Shown here: positions 37,570-47,250 of the stretch, in pieces
Position numbering within the stretch: position 1 is the stretch's first letter
How the letters are laid out: each line of letters opens with the position of its first letter
DNA from: Candidatus Heimdallarchaeota archaeon
GTDB lineage: Archaea > Asgardarchaeota > Heimdallarchaeia > Hodarchaeales > Hodarchaeaceae
Reading direction: 5' to 3'
DNA: 64,000 bases
Assembly: GCA_048881705.1 (NCBI GenBank)
Contig: JBHLSH010000005.1
Span: 19,417 to 83,416 of the forward strand
Position numbers and translations under genes: made by a program
The notes under the pieces: generated by a model
The model's database searches: none
Told to the model about the DNA's origin: nothing
What the model saw: only the letters and a program-made list of their open reading frames with translations

Positions 37570-39177
37570 TTAACTGGAAAGATTTAGGGCTGCCTTTTGG
37601 GTTGGAGCTAGTTTTGCTCGACCCTTTTTCCACCACCATATGCCTCCTAGGGCTAGTGCTCCAATGAATACAAGTACTTCTAAAGCTGTCACGACAATGT
37701 CCATTGAGATTGAATCTGCTAGTGTAGGAAGGACATATGCCAATTGGGCCGCCAATGTTGCCTGGAGGTTAACCCCAAACAAAAAATCAAGAGCAGGAAG
37801 AGTGCCTCCAGCCAAAGTTCCAAGACTCGCGATAAGTTGGCCGAATCGATGGCTACTTACACTCAGCCTTGGTAGAGTCATTTCTTGGAGTAAAGTCCCC
37901 CGCTCGTTTCTGATATAAATTTTTCCGTTTAACGGTGTTGATCTGAGACCAGGATCTACCAATGGTGTTACGAAGAATACAAGTTCAATAGGAAAGTTTT
38001 GTGATTCAATATTTACCCGTTGGTATGTTGGTTGGATCAAACATCCCGAAAGAAGAGGTTCCACATGCAATTGACGGGTCGGTTCTACTAGTTCAAATTT
38101 GTCTCGAACCTCTGTCTCTTGTTCACCTGAAAAGATGTGAGATTTGTCTCGCATGATTTCTCTTTCTCGAGCCGACAATGTTACCGTAAAAGGATAGGTT
38201 TTCCGAGGATTCATACGAGAGAAATAATGGAGATGGGTATGTATCGTTCGAGGGGAGGGTATCTGCTCGATTGTTTCTTCATCCACGAAGGTTTCGGCGT
38301 CGGACTCTCTTGGTTTGTCCCTAGATAATTCATCTGGAGCTGGCATACCTGCAGCGAGATCATCCCCCACGGCTGAAGATGAAATTGAAATAACGGAGTC
38401 GTCCATTGGGGCAGGTTCGGCGGTAGTTGGAGGCGCTTCAGGAATAGCAGCCAAAGAGGGCGAACTTGGAGCCTTTCGACTTTTTTTCTGCTTTTCCTCA
38501 ATTCCACTGGAACGTACGGAAGCAGGTATTGAAGGAGGTTGAGGTGGAGGTATAACCTGTTTAGAAGGAGGTGGAGAAGATGCCTCTACGCGAGCTGGGG
38601 CACTCCGACTTCTCAGCTCAAAGTGTTCTTCTTTTTCTTCCTCCCCTCGTTCTTCACTGGGCAGATCGCCTGATTCTTCCCATAAAGAAGATAGGGAATC
38701 AGGGGTAAATTCCGCATCTTCTTTGGCCAAAATCGGCTTGGGCGGAGTTTTTCTAGTTTCTTCTAGAAATTCTAAGTCCGTCTTACTATCAAGAATCTCC
38801 TCTAGCTTCCTAGAAAGCTCTGCTGCTGCCTTTGAATAAATTATATCTGATGACAGGGCCATTTCAGTTAGAAGGGCCTGGAGTTCGGATTGTTCCGCGA
38901 GGAAGTGCCACGTAGCTACCGCCTTGAGTAGAACATTGATTAACATTAATTTTCCTGCATTTGTTCCGTTTTCTAGGACCGACAGAATCATGGGAACAAA
39001 TCTTCGCGGAGAAGGAAGAAAATATTCTTGGAGTTTCGCAACCAAGTATTGCACAAATTCGTCGTGATCAATCCACGGTGAATCTTCGGGGAGAGATAAA
39101 AGAAAACTAGGAACAAAATCTAGAAAGTTCTCTGGGGAGTGTAATGAGAATGGAAAAATCATCAGAAAACCAACCAA
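37570..39177 (-). CDS. Hypothetical protein: helical N-domain, Pro/Ser/Glu-rich linker, beta-rich domain, C-terminal TM segments
   Basis: Composition shifts along the 535-aa ORF; hydrophobic VVTALEVLVFIGALALGGIWWW followed by KK. Confidence 0.7.
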   Translation of the reverse strand: MVGFLMIFPFSLHSPENFLDFVPSFLLSLPEDSPWIDHDEFVQYLVAKLQEYFLPSPRRFVPMILSVLENGTNAGKLMLINVLLKAVATWHFLAEQSELQALLTEMALSSDIIYSKAAAELSRKLEEILDSKTDLEFLEETRKTPPKPILAKEDAEFTPDSLSSLWEESGDLPSEERGEEEKEEHFELRSRSAPARVEASSPPPSKQVIPPPQPPSIPASVRSSGIEEKQKKSRKAPSSPSLAAIPEAPPTTAEPAPMDDSVISISSSAVGDDLAAGMPAPDELSRDKPRESDAETFVDEETIEQIPSPRTIHTHLHYFSRMNPRKTYPFTVTLSAREREIMRDKSHIFSGEQETEVRDKFELVEPTRQLHVEPLLSGCLIQPTYQRVNIESQNFPIELVFFVTPLVDPGLRSTPLNGKIYIRNERGTLLQEMTLPRLSVSSHRFGQLIASLGTLAGGTLPALDFLFGVNLQATLAAQLAYVLPTLADSISMDIVVTALEVLVFIGALALGGIWWWKKGRAKLAPTQKAALNLSS

Positions 39178-39256
39178 TAAGAGTCGAACAGTTTTCGGTG
39201 TTCAAAAATATTTCCCTTTCCCAGTAACACCAATGATAGATGGGAAATGGTGTTCA

Positions 39257-39706
39257 TCATCGAGATATCTCATTTTTCAAACTAGCCACACCGAGGATCT
39301 TTCCCAAAAGGCTCGAATTCACTTCTTCGGATATCAAGTAGAAATTCCTTGTGATCTGTTTGAGAGTTTCAGCCATCTCCATTCTCGGCGGGATTTCAAG
39401 TACTTGACGATACTCTAATATTTCTACATACAAATCATTTAACAAATGAAAGTTATTAAAGGAATTATCTAAAGAAAGAACTGATTTTATTTCTTCAAAG
39501 GACTGATAAAGGGCAAATAACTCTAGTATGGATGTTTCTCTTGCGATGTTCAATTCAATTCTCATTCTGTCCAGGCCTCGCCAAAGTTTCAGGATATCCT
39601 GCCTAGCAAACTTACGGGAGTTACTCAGAAAATCCCGAAGGGATTGAATTTCATATCCTATTTGTACCCCCTCTTGTCGATCGGTAGAGCTTTGCCTTAT
39701 TCTCAT
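39257..39706 (-). CDS. Hypothetical helical protein
   Basis: 149-aa ORF co-oriented between two real genes. Confidence 0.6.
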   Translation of the reverse strand: MRIRQSSTDRQEGVQIGYEIQSLRDFLSNSRKFARQDILKLWRGLDRMRIELNIARETSILELFALYQSFEEIKSVLSLDNSFNNFHLLNDLYVEILEYRQVLEIPPRMEMAETLKQITRNFYLISEEVNSSLLGKILGVASLKNEISR

Positions 39707-39740
39707 AAAAACATCGGCCTATTGAACAGTCTTTGTTCAG

Positions 39741-40187
39741 TCATTTGAGGTTAAGACGTTCTTGATAGACAGTAAGTTCCCGTAAAATCTCTGAGATGAT
39801 CTTATCATAAGGCCGCAAAAGTCGAATTAAAACTTTATCCTGAAACATTTCTGTTGGCGAGAGCCCCTGCCTAATTAATTCAGGCAGCCCACTTGGGACG
39901 TAAACGATTCCTTCCCGAATTAAGCGATAGATCTCCTGAAGTACCCGTGTCTTATCTTCTAAGGTTTTAATGTCTAGGGCGTCGAGAATCTCGGGAAGAT
40001 TTTGCTGGGGAGCATCTTTAAACGAAAGAAGCAAAATTACTCGTTCCATTAACTGAGCTATTCGCTCTGCATCAGCTTTTTCTTTTGAGGAAATCTTTGG
40101 CTTCACTACGCCGTTATTTTCCTTCAAGAGAAATAATTTCCCGGGAATTCCATCATTATTCTCTTGTATATTTGATGTTGGGCACAT
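39741..40187 (-). CDS. Hypothetical wHTH-like protein, paralog of 52492-52896
   Basis: Shares LLSFKDAP.QNL..IL.AL, EI.RLIREGIVY, IRLL.PYDKII.EI with 52492-52896. Confidence 0.8.
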   Translation of the reverse strand: MCPTSNIQENNDGIPGKLFLLKENNGVVKPKISSKEKADAERIAQLMERVILLLSFKDAPQQNLPEILDALDIKTLEDKTRVLQEIYRLIREGIVYVPSGLPELIRQGLSPTEMFQDKVLIRLLRPYDKIISEILRELTVYQERLNLK

Positions 40188-40461
40188 TAGAAATCCTGCT
40201 TAGTTTTGGCCGGCTCGAAGAAGCTTGCACGATAACGACCATGGAGTCTTCCAGAAAAGCTAGGAAAATATCTGGATAACATCTTCCCGTACCAAATCGT
40301 GAGGTGTATGGACAATTGAGGATGGCCTGTCTAACGCGTTTAAGCATCTAGATCTTATATGAAAACGCCATAAAAGGGAATTCTTTGAACTTCAAACATT
40401 TTCGAAAACCATTGAGGAAAGTAGTATTAAGCAAGCTCGAGTCGAAGTAAAACGGATAAAA

Positions 40462-41289
40462 ATGTCACAAATGCGTTTAATTGATGAGGACGAGCAAGAG
40501 ATTAGTTTCCAAAGTCAGAAAATAAAACGAAAAATCGTTGTTCTTTCTGGTAAAGGAGGAGTGGGTAAATCTACAGTAGCCACCAATCTTGCTCTCGCAT
40601 TTGCTAAGAAATTTGGGAAAGGAAAGGTTGGAATCATCGATTTGGATCTCTCTGGTCCAAATATCCCCAAAATGCTTGGCATTGAGGATAAGAAGGTACA
40701 AGCTGCGGTTAAATCTCCTGTTGAAACAGGAAAGGAACTGTTAGAACCTGTAGAAGGACCATTGGGCCTCAAAGTGGTCTCCATGGGTTTTTTTTTGGAA
40801 ACCCGGTCTACGCCTGTGGTTTGGCGTGGCCCCATTAAAATCAAAGCACTTCGCCAATTTATGGACGATTTCGATTGGGGTGACCTGGAGATGCTGATCT
40901 TTGATATGCCCCCGGGCACAGGAGATGAGGCGCTGTCCGTTATGCAACTACTTCCAGAAATGGATGGTGTTGTAATAGTAACTACCCCCCAAGAGGTTGC
41001 CCTCTTAGATACGGGAAAATCGTTAACCATGTCGCGGGAAATGCAGCGACCAGTAATTGGCATCGTAGAGAACATGGCGACTTTTCGTTGTCCCGATTGT
41101 GGTACCCAACATCCCATCTTTGGCGAAGGTGGTGGGCAAAGGCTCGCAAAAGAGTTTAATACCGATTTGCTTGGTCAAATTCCTCTAGATCCCGTTATCC
41201 GGGTAAAGGAAGATCAGGGAATCTCCAAACCATTCGATTATTTCGTTCCCATTGTAGATCGGATACTTGAGAAGATTGACTCGAATTAA
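40462..41289 (+). CDS. Mrp/ApbC/NBP35 family Fe-S carrier ATPase
   Basis: SGKGGVGKST, VVWRGP, DMPPGTGDE, VTTPQ, ENMA.F.CPDC. Confidence 0.95.
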   Translation: MSQMRLIDEDEQEISFQSQKIKRKIVVLSGKGGVGKSTVATNLALAFAKKFGKGKVGIIDLDLSGPNIPKMLGIEDKKVQAAVKSPVETGKELLEPVEGPLGLKVVSMGFFLETRSTPVVWRGPIKIKALRQFMDDFDWGDLEMLIFDMPPGTGDEALSVMQLLPEMDGVVIVTTPQEVALLDTGKSLTMSREMQRPVIGIVENMATFRCPDCGTQHPIFGEGGGQRLAKEFNTDLLGQIPLDPVIRVKEDQGISKPFDYFVPIVDRILEKIDSN

Positions 41290-41315
41290 GTATCATAAAA
41301 ACAATTATCTTCCCC

Positions 41316-41325
41316 TTTTTTTTTT
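41316..41325 (+). terminator. Oligo-T putative archaeal terminator
   Basis: T10 run about 26 nt after the mrp stop. Confidence 0.4.
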
Positions 41326-41587
41326 CCATTTTACATTGCTGGTATTCTAATCGATGTTAAAATTCCGAGAAAGCGGGTTTCGGGAATCTAACCCAACAGT
41401 TTTCTGGGGATATCCCGAAGGGCATTATTCTCCGAAAATAGATGATGTTATAATTCCAAGATTCAATAAGTTGGTAACTCATCGAAAGTTGAATTGAGAT
41501 AGGTCCTAATCTTAATTTATTGAATATGATGCTCTTTCTACATATCTTGTTCCATCATGTCGGCTTCATGCAGTAGTGTGGTCATCC

Positions 41588-42031
41588 ATGCCGAAGCTAT
41601 TAATCTTTGAATCGGGATTGATCAGGAACGGATTGCCCCTAATTCGGAGGCAATATCTTGAGTCCGAAGATTTAAAAACCAATCCCACTCTTGTAGGGGG
41701 ATTTTTGTCTGCCATTCAACAGTTTACAGCTGCAACGTTCAAAGATCTTCCAACTTTACTTAAAATGGAGAGATATATGGCTTGTCTTAAGAGGATCGAT
41801 TGGTCTTCGGATCATTTCCTTCTATATGCCATCTGTGATGGTAAAGGTGACCCCAAGATAATCCAAAACGCACTTGCCAAGATCACTAAGCGCTTGGTGG
41901 GATGGGAGACCGCATTAGAGAGCATAGATACAGAGGATTATAAAGGACTCTTTCCGATCTTTGATGAGGAGTTCTCATTGCTGAATCGAAATTATGCAGA
42001 TTCATTTGTGGATTGGTTAGCCGAGGTATGA
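41588..42031 (+). CDS. Longin-like domain protein
   Basis: GLIRNGLPL...NPTLVGGFLSAIQQF pattern shared with the N-terminus of 34012-34944. Confidence 0.6.
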   Translation: MPKLLIFESGLIRNGLPLIRRQYLESEDLKTNPTLVGGFLSAIQQFTAATFKDLPTLLKMERYMACLKRIDWSSDHFLLYAICDGKGDPKIIQNALAKITKRLVGWETALESIDTEDYKGLFPIFDEEFSLLNRNYADSFVDWLAEV

Positions 42032-42149
42032 CCAATTAAAGACGGATAATCGAAAATTCGTGGCAATGGGTTCGTTTCGGAATCAGTAATCTATTGTTTT
42101 GGAGGTTTGGTTAATTGGGACCTTTAATCTGAAGTCGAATCCAATGCTT

Positions 42150-42300
42150 TCCTGTACTTCTCTTCCGTGCCCATAACTCTGGAAAAGCTGACTCCGCTCT
42201 GTTTTATTGAATGCCTTTATCTTACGCCTTCCATATAGTGAGTGTCATAACCAGTCAAGATAAATCCCCGATCCAAGGAATAAAAAAATGAAGAGTAATT
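42150..42300 (-). pseudogene. Degenerate copy of the 3' end of the DUF362 gene
   Basis: LGSGIYLDWL*HSLYGRRKIKAFNKTERSQLFQSYG vs LGSGIYHDWLWYPLIGKRKIKAFEETDWGQLFQKYE of 44029-45180. Confidence 0.8.
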
Positions 42301-42367
42301 TATCGACTGGTTATTTGACGTGTAAGTTGTCCAGAAGCCGAAGAAGTCTAGAACAGAGCTCATATAG

Positions 42368-42577
42368 TTAGGTCTCTACTGGATCTTTAGGTGAAACCAA
42401 TATACGAGATTGAAAAGCGGCGAGAAGAAGTACGGCGCCAGGTATGAGAAGCAACATACTGGTGACACCATAGATCGTGTTAACACTAATGTCTGTCAGA
42501 AATATGAGCAGGGCGTGTACCCCAAAAGCCCAGAACATAATTGCAAGGGCCAGAAATATGTACTCTTGTCGATTCAT
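42368..42577 (-). CDS. Small two-TM membrane protein
   Basis: 69 aa with two hydrophobic helices. Confidence 0.55.
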   Translation of the reverse strand: MNRQEYIFLALAIMFWAFGVHALLIFLTDISVNTIYGVTSMLLLIPGAVLLLAAFQSRILVSPKDPVET

Positions 42578-42756
42578 GGTTACAGTTCAGTCAAAGATGT
42601 ATTAATAATTTCCTCTTTCCGAACTCCCATTGTCACGAATATATAACCTAGTTCATTGTTGCTTTTTTCGCGACAATATCATCTTTCCTTTGTTTGGGAT
42701 TTAAGCGCGGTAAACAGAGTTTATTTTCCCACTCTAAATCAAAACAATGATGAACT

Positions 42757-43950
42757 ATGAAGATGAATTTCTACATTTGTGGATCGTCAGGCGACGCGTC
42801 AGATTCAAATTCATTAACTGTTGTCCAAAAGGAAGAATCCATCCAGATACTCCATAAACTCCTTGATAAACAAGGATCTACTGGACGTAATCTTGATAAT
42901 TTCTCAGAGGAAGAAAAAAAGACTATCGACCTTTTGATTCAGCTAAAAATTCTGCAAATTGATTCCACCAATCATGTTACTCTAAATTTTCCCTTTTTTA
43001 CTCAAGCAGATCACAAAATCATGGATAAAGTGGTCAATAAGGCTGCTCAGACAATAGTAACGAAGTTAACAGAGAAATGGGATCAGATCAATAAGCTCAT
43101 TGCTCAAGTTGGATTGCCCACAAAGAGATCACACAATGAGCGAGGTTTTTTGGTTCTTGGCTGTATCATTTTGGATTGGCAAGGACTCCATTGGCTGTCT
43201 ACAAATGATGTTTTAGTCGTAACCAAACCACAACCCAATGGTTCTCGTTTCTTGCTTATCGGGTCTCCTCATGAGGTCAGCGTTAATACATTTAAACGAT
43301 ATTGCTTCTCATCCACTCATGAGACGGTTTCTTGGAATTATACGGTGTTTGGACAAGCTTATCACTCACGTTGGGTGACCCCAACCATTGAAATGTTCAT
43401 TCAACAAAAATTATCAGGGTTGCAAGATATTCCTTCTCGAATAGCAAAAATAATCCCCAGATTTGTCTCAACAGCTATCGATCAATACTTGGATCGGTTA
43501 GGGAACCTCTTGGCTTCCAAAACTGTATCAAAAAAGGAATTTGCGGATGACCTGAATCTAACTGATGAAGGTATCGAGAATTTATCGAATTATCTCTTGA
43601 ATAACGGGTTTATAGAGGAAGAGCAGAATGAGTGGAACAGGAGTGTCCTCGTTTTATCCCCTGAAGATCAACCGAAATTGGATGCCTTGATGTCGATTTG
43701 TAAGCAGCTAGTGGTTGAATCGATTCAAATATCATTACCAGAGCTTAAGGAACGATATCCCCAGACAACTGCAGGGAAACATCGAGTACCCTTCGAAGAA
43801 GCCATGAATGAATGGTGGCATGAGATCTTCTCTAGGGTAATTCAATTATTAATCATTGAGGGTAAGCTACAGCCAAGTTTTCATAATCAAGACACTCACT
43901 TTGGTAGTTTCATATGGTCAAATTCCTTAGAACTGAAAGTACCTATGTAA
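42757..43950 (+). CDS. Hypothetical protein with wHTH-like segments
   Basis: 397-aa ORF; HTH-like SKKEFADDLNLTDEGIENLSNYLLNNGFI. Confidence 0.7.
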   Translation: MKMNFYICGSSGDASDSNSLTVVQKEESIQILHKLLDKQGSTGRNLDNFSEEEKKTIDLLIQLKILQIDSTNHVTLNFPFFTQADHKIMDKVVNKAAQTIVTKLTEKWDQINKLIAQVGLPTKRSHNERGFLVLGCIILDWQGLHWLSTNDVLVVTKPQPNGSRFLLIGSPHEVSVNTFKRYCFSSTHETVSWNYTVFGQAYHSRWVTPTIEMFIQQKLSGLQDIPSRIAKIIPRFVSTAIDQYLDRLGNLLASKTVSKKEFADDLNLTDEGIENLSNYLLNNGFIEEEQNEWNRSVLVLSPEDQPKLDALMSICKQLVVESIQISLPELKERYPQTTAGKHRVPFEEAMNEWWHEIFSRVIQLLIIEGKLQPSFHNQDTHFGSFIWSNSLELKVPM

Positions 43951-44028
43951 TAATGCCGAGGATTGGAATTCGGTCAAACTAATACAATAATCCCCTTAAA
44001 ACGTCCATATGTGAGTGTTCTCTTGGAT

Positions 44029-45180
44029 TTAATACGGGTTCCAATCCTTGATCTTAGGGTACGTCTCTTTTTCTCCATACTCATATTTTTGAAAGAGTTG
44101 CCCCCAGTCAGTTTCTTCAAAGGCCTTGATCTTGCGTTTTCCGATTAGAGGGTACCATAGCCAGTCGTGATAAATCCCAGATCCAAGAATAAAGAGCTTG
44201 AAGAAAGGCGTATAGAATAATAACCAATGGAGAGGTTTAAGAGGACGGTATCGATAGGTAGTACTTCTCAATCTTTGATCCCAGCGAACCACCAAGCTTC
44301 GTTTTGTCTTGAATCTGAAGTTTGTTGCTTTAAATTGCTCTTCTTCCCATCCTATTATATCGATTTGCTCTACATCCCCCTGCCCTAATCCCTGGTCATG
44401 GGCTAAAGCAATATATTTTATTGATAGAGGATCAAAGCCCATCAGTTTTGCTGCCACAGCATCGATAGCTACTTGGTCCTCGCTGGCCAGTAAAAGGTTT
44501 AAAGGGCGTGGTTCCATAACTCGAGGCCCAGCCCCGTCTCCAGCTACCGTACCATCCATCACTGCTAAAAGCCCAGGATGGATTTCCTTCTGTATGGTCA
44601 AGAGATCCACAAGTATTTGATGTATAATTTTATGGCTGTGGTGACGATATTTTGGAATTAAACCTCCAAAAGCGTTTTTAATCGCACCTGTGGTCACAGT
44701 ATGTCCGTGGGTCTTGAACGTTGGAAGATGAACCATGTTGCTATTCAGAAAAAGCTCGGGAACTATAATCTGGTCCTTGAACAGTTCCCGCATCCCTGGA
44801 ACGTCTGATTTTGGTTCGTAGTGCACCCATTTTTCATTGGTCAATGGCCTATATACTGTATTTTTCTTCTTGAGTATTGCCAGCCATTTATTCAAGTAGG
44901 CCCCCTTATACGGATGCGTTACGACTGTTTGATTCTCAGTAGGAATGATTTTCTCGGGGCCAAATCCATCATCAATGAATTTTTGAAGAACACCTTCCAA
45001 TTGCCATGGAGGGGTTGAACATGCCGGATAGAAGAGAGACCAAGATAGATTGATTTTGATAATGGTGTCAATTTCTTTTTTTAAAACGCGTTGATAGTCG
45101 ATGAGATCTAGAATTCGGGAGTAGTCTGTGGTTACTCGCTGAGGACTTGTCGAGAGAATAGCAACCTTACTCATGTCCAA
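44029..45180 (-). CDS. DUF362 domain protein
   Basis: IKINLSW, TPPWQLEGV, HLPTFKTHGHT..TGAIKNAFGG, VMDGTVAGDGAGP, DQVAIDAVAAKLMGFDP. Confidence 0.88.
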   Translation of the reverse strand: MDMSKVAILSTSPQRVTTDYSRILDLIDYQRVLKKEIDTIIKINLSWSLFYPACSTPPWQLEGVLQKFIDDGFGPEKIIPTENQTVVTHPYKGAYLNKWLAILKKKNTVYRPLTNEKWVHYEPKSDVPGMRELFKDQIIVPELFLNSNMVHLPTFKTHGHTVTTGAIKNAFGGLIPKYRHHSHKIIHQILVDLLTIQKEIHPGLLAVMDGTVAGDGAGPRVMEPRPLNLLLASEDQVAIDAVAAKLMGFDPLSIKYIALAHDQGLGQGDVEQIDIIGWEEEQFKATNFRFKTKRSLVVRWDQRLRSTTYRYRPLKPLHWLLFYTPFFKLFILGSGIYHDWLWYPLIGKRKIKAFEETDWGQLFQKYEYGEKETYPKIKDWNPY

Positions 45181-45484
45181 ACATCGCCAAATAATCAGAA
45201 TGTTGTTTTATCCAAAAAGATTCCGTGATAATTACAGAAATGCATCCTAGACCGTGGCAATGTCTCAGCTCGTCCTCGTTCTAGAGTTAAAATGCGAATA
45301 TTCTCCGCCTCTAGGAACGCAAATCAACCATCAAGACGGATGGGGTTGCTTCCATAACTCGTTTAATGCAATAGATTGTGTTATCAGCCCAGTGTTCATC
45401 GGATATTTTCAAAAGAGATGAAAAGGATATGAAAAAAGAAAAGAGGGGAAATAGCTTGGCATCCCAAGCTGTTAGTAATAGAAT

Positions 45485-46186
45485 TTAAGCGCCTACGGCG
45501 ATTCCGCTTAAGCTGCCTCTGATTTTCAGGGGAATGTTAGTGAACGCCAAACCCGCCAGGAGGATTCCAATGTTAATCACAAGGCCGCTTACTGAGGCAA
45601 AAGTCATTGGGACAAGAATGTCGTTAGTGCTCAAAAAAGCTGAGATAATCCCAATAAATCCGATGACGAGGCCTAAAATCAGGAAAAGAATTTTGTTTCG
45701 CACATCGGGACTATCTGCACTTACCTGATAAATCTGCGCAAATACATATGCAGACAGACCTAAGGCAACAGAGACGATTAAGGCACCAACCAAAACACTT
45801 CTACTGAGCTGAAAGCTCGCTGAGAAATAGAGCAACGCATATGCGATCGTAAATAGCAGGTAGGCCCCGAAAACGGCGACGGCAAGGGGACTCTTGTAGG
45901 CACCATCACGTCCGTCAAGAATCAATTTGCCAGCAAAAAATATGGCCGTCGGCGCCCAAATCATAATAATGTTCCCGATAAATCCAAGAGCTTCCGCCTG
46001 AAATCCATAAAATGCCAACATACAGATAAAGGATGAAACTCCGAATAAGATTGTTGAAAACCCGAAGGTTAGATTGATCTGATTTCGGTTAGATCTTAGG
46101 ATTAGCAGCGTCAATAATGTGAACGCAATCCCCAAGATACCAAAGAAAGATCCCATTAAAATGTCAACTTCAGCCATTGTTTCCAC
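45485..46186 (-). CDS. Stand-alone 7-TM membrane protein (HisKA_7TM-like sensor region)
   Basis: Seven hydrophobic segments, N..F in TM2, no soluble output domain. Confidence 0.6.
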   Translation of the reverse strand: METMAEVDILMGSFFGILGIAFTLLTLLILRSNRNQINLTFGFSTILFGVSSFICMLAFYGFQAEALGFIGNIIMIWAPTAIFFAGKLILDGRDGAYKSPLAVAVFGAYLLFTIAYALLYFSASFQLSRSVLVGALIVSVALGLSAYVFAQIYQVSADSPDVRNKILFLILGLVIGFIGIISAFLSTNDILVPMTFASVSGLVINIGILLAGLAFTNIPLKIRGSLSGIAVGA

Positions 46187-46449
46187 ATCGATAAGGATAA
46201 TTGGATAAGAAAAGGCCTAATCCAATTATAAAAATGATTATACGAAAACTGATCTCAGGTGCATGAATTCTCTAGTTTTCGATCTGATTTTGGTAGGTGC
46301 AAAAAGGCCAAATTCAGATGGTTTTCAACGAAGTTTTTGACCTTTTTAAGGTTCTTCCTTGATGGGAAGGAGATTTGATATGGAGGAGGACCGTTTTCTT
46401 TCTATATACGCGATTGTCGCCCAGCAGTCCCATAACTTACGAAAAATCG

Positions 46450-46988
46450 CTAGAGAGTCTCCAATTTTTCAATTAAGGCGCTTTCAAAATCCTCGAAAAT
46501 TTCGTTTAAAATTGCGTACATTTTTCGTAAGTCGATTATTGTTTTCAAAAGCTGCTCTGATCCAGGTGGATTTTCATTTAGCATATCTTGCTCTATCTTC
46601 TCTAGTTCCTGCATCAACGTATGTGATTCTCTAATCGAATAACGAAACCGCTTAATTGAAAGGTCTTTTATGCTTCCATGAGCATAATATTTTCGAATTC
46701 TTCGCCCCGTCGACTCTTCTTGATAGCTACAATATTTCGCCTGATACATCTTTTTTAATGTCCGACTAATAGTACTCACAGAAACCTGCTTGTGGAAGTT
46801 ATTATTGAGATAGGAGGCTATTTCTTGTTGGTTCAATCCTTCTTCCAGTGTCTTAGCTTTTATGAATAATACCGCGAATATTCGTCCGAATGTTTTTGAG
46901 CGTCTTGCTTCAAAGAGACGTCCATAAAGTTCTATAATCCTTTTTTCAAATGCAGTTAAAGCATAATTATTGGCTTGAATTCTAACAT
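46450..46988 (-). CDS. GbsR/MarR-type regulator, paralog of 11204-11725; 5' end lacks an in-frame start (probable frameshift)
   Basis: Frame extends upstream of the track ORF as NYALTAFEKRIIELYGRLFEARRSKTFGRIFAVLF, aligning with the paralog; nearest ATG (46988) is 1 nt out of frame. Confidence 0.7.
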
Positions 46989-47096
46989 GCCACCATTCGG
47001 TATGAATTCCCCATTGTGTAGGCTAGAGGCGATTATTATGAATGTACTTTCAATTTTTCTTTTATCAAAGGATTTATATAACTTTTTTGCATGACA

Positions 47097-47131
47097 ATGA
47101 AACGAATTGCAACACCATGAAACGAATTGCA
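47097..47131. repeat. Direct repeat ATGAAACGAATTGCA x2, 20-nt period
   Basis: Copies at 47097-47111 and 47117-47131; partial ATGAAA at 47137. Confidence 0.8.
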
Positions 47132-47250
47132 CGAGAATGAAATTAAAAAACGGTCCAACCACTGAAAATGATTGCAATACTTCCGCAAATAAGGAAACCT
47201 GAGAAATTAGAAAAGAGAAAGTGGATGTTTTTCAGCCAAGGTAAAGGAAA

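Noticed and set aside
40515-41117. 200-aa minus-strand ORF
   Set aside because: Antisense shadow of the well-supported mrp gene; the same applies to 18853-19245, 11310-11657, 36466-36840 and 60838-61209.
45485-46186. Microbial rhodopsin or heliorhodopsin
   Set aside because: No DxxxK/SxxxK retinal-binding motif in TM7.
47097-47142. Spaced repeats as a mini-CRISPR
   Set aside because: 15-nt units with 5-nt spacers, two copies, no cas genes.
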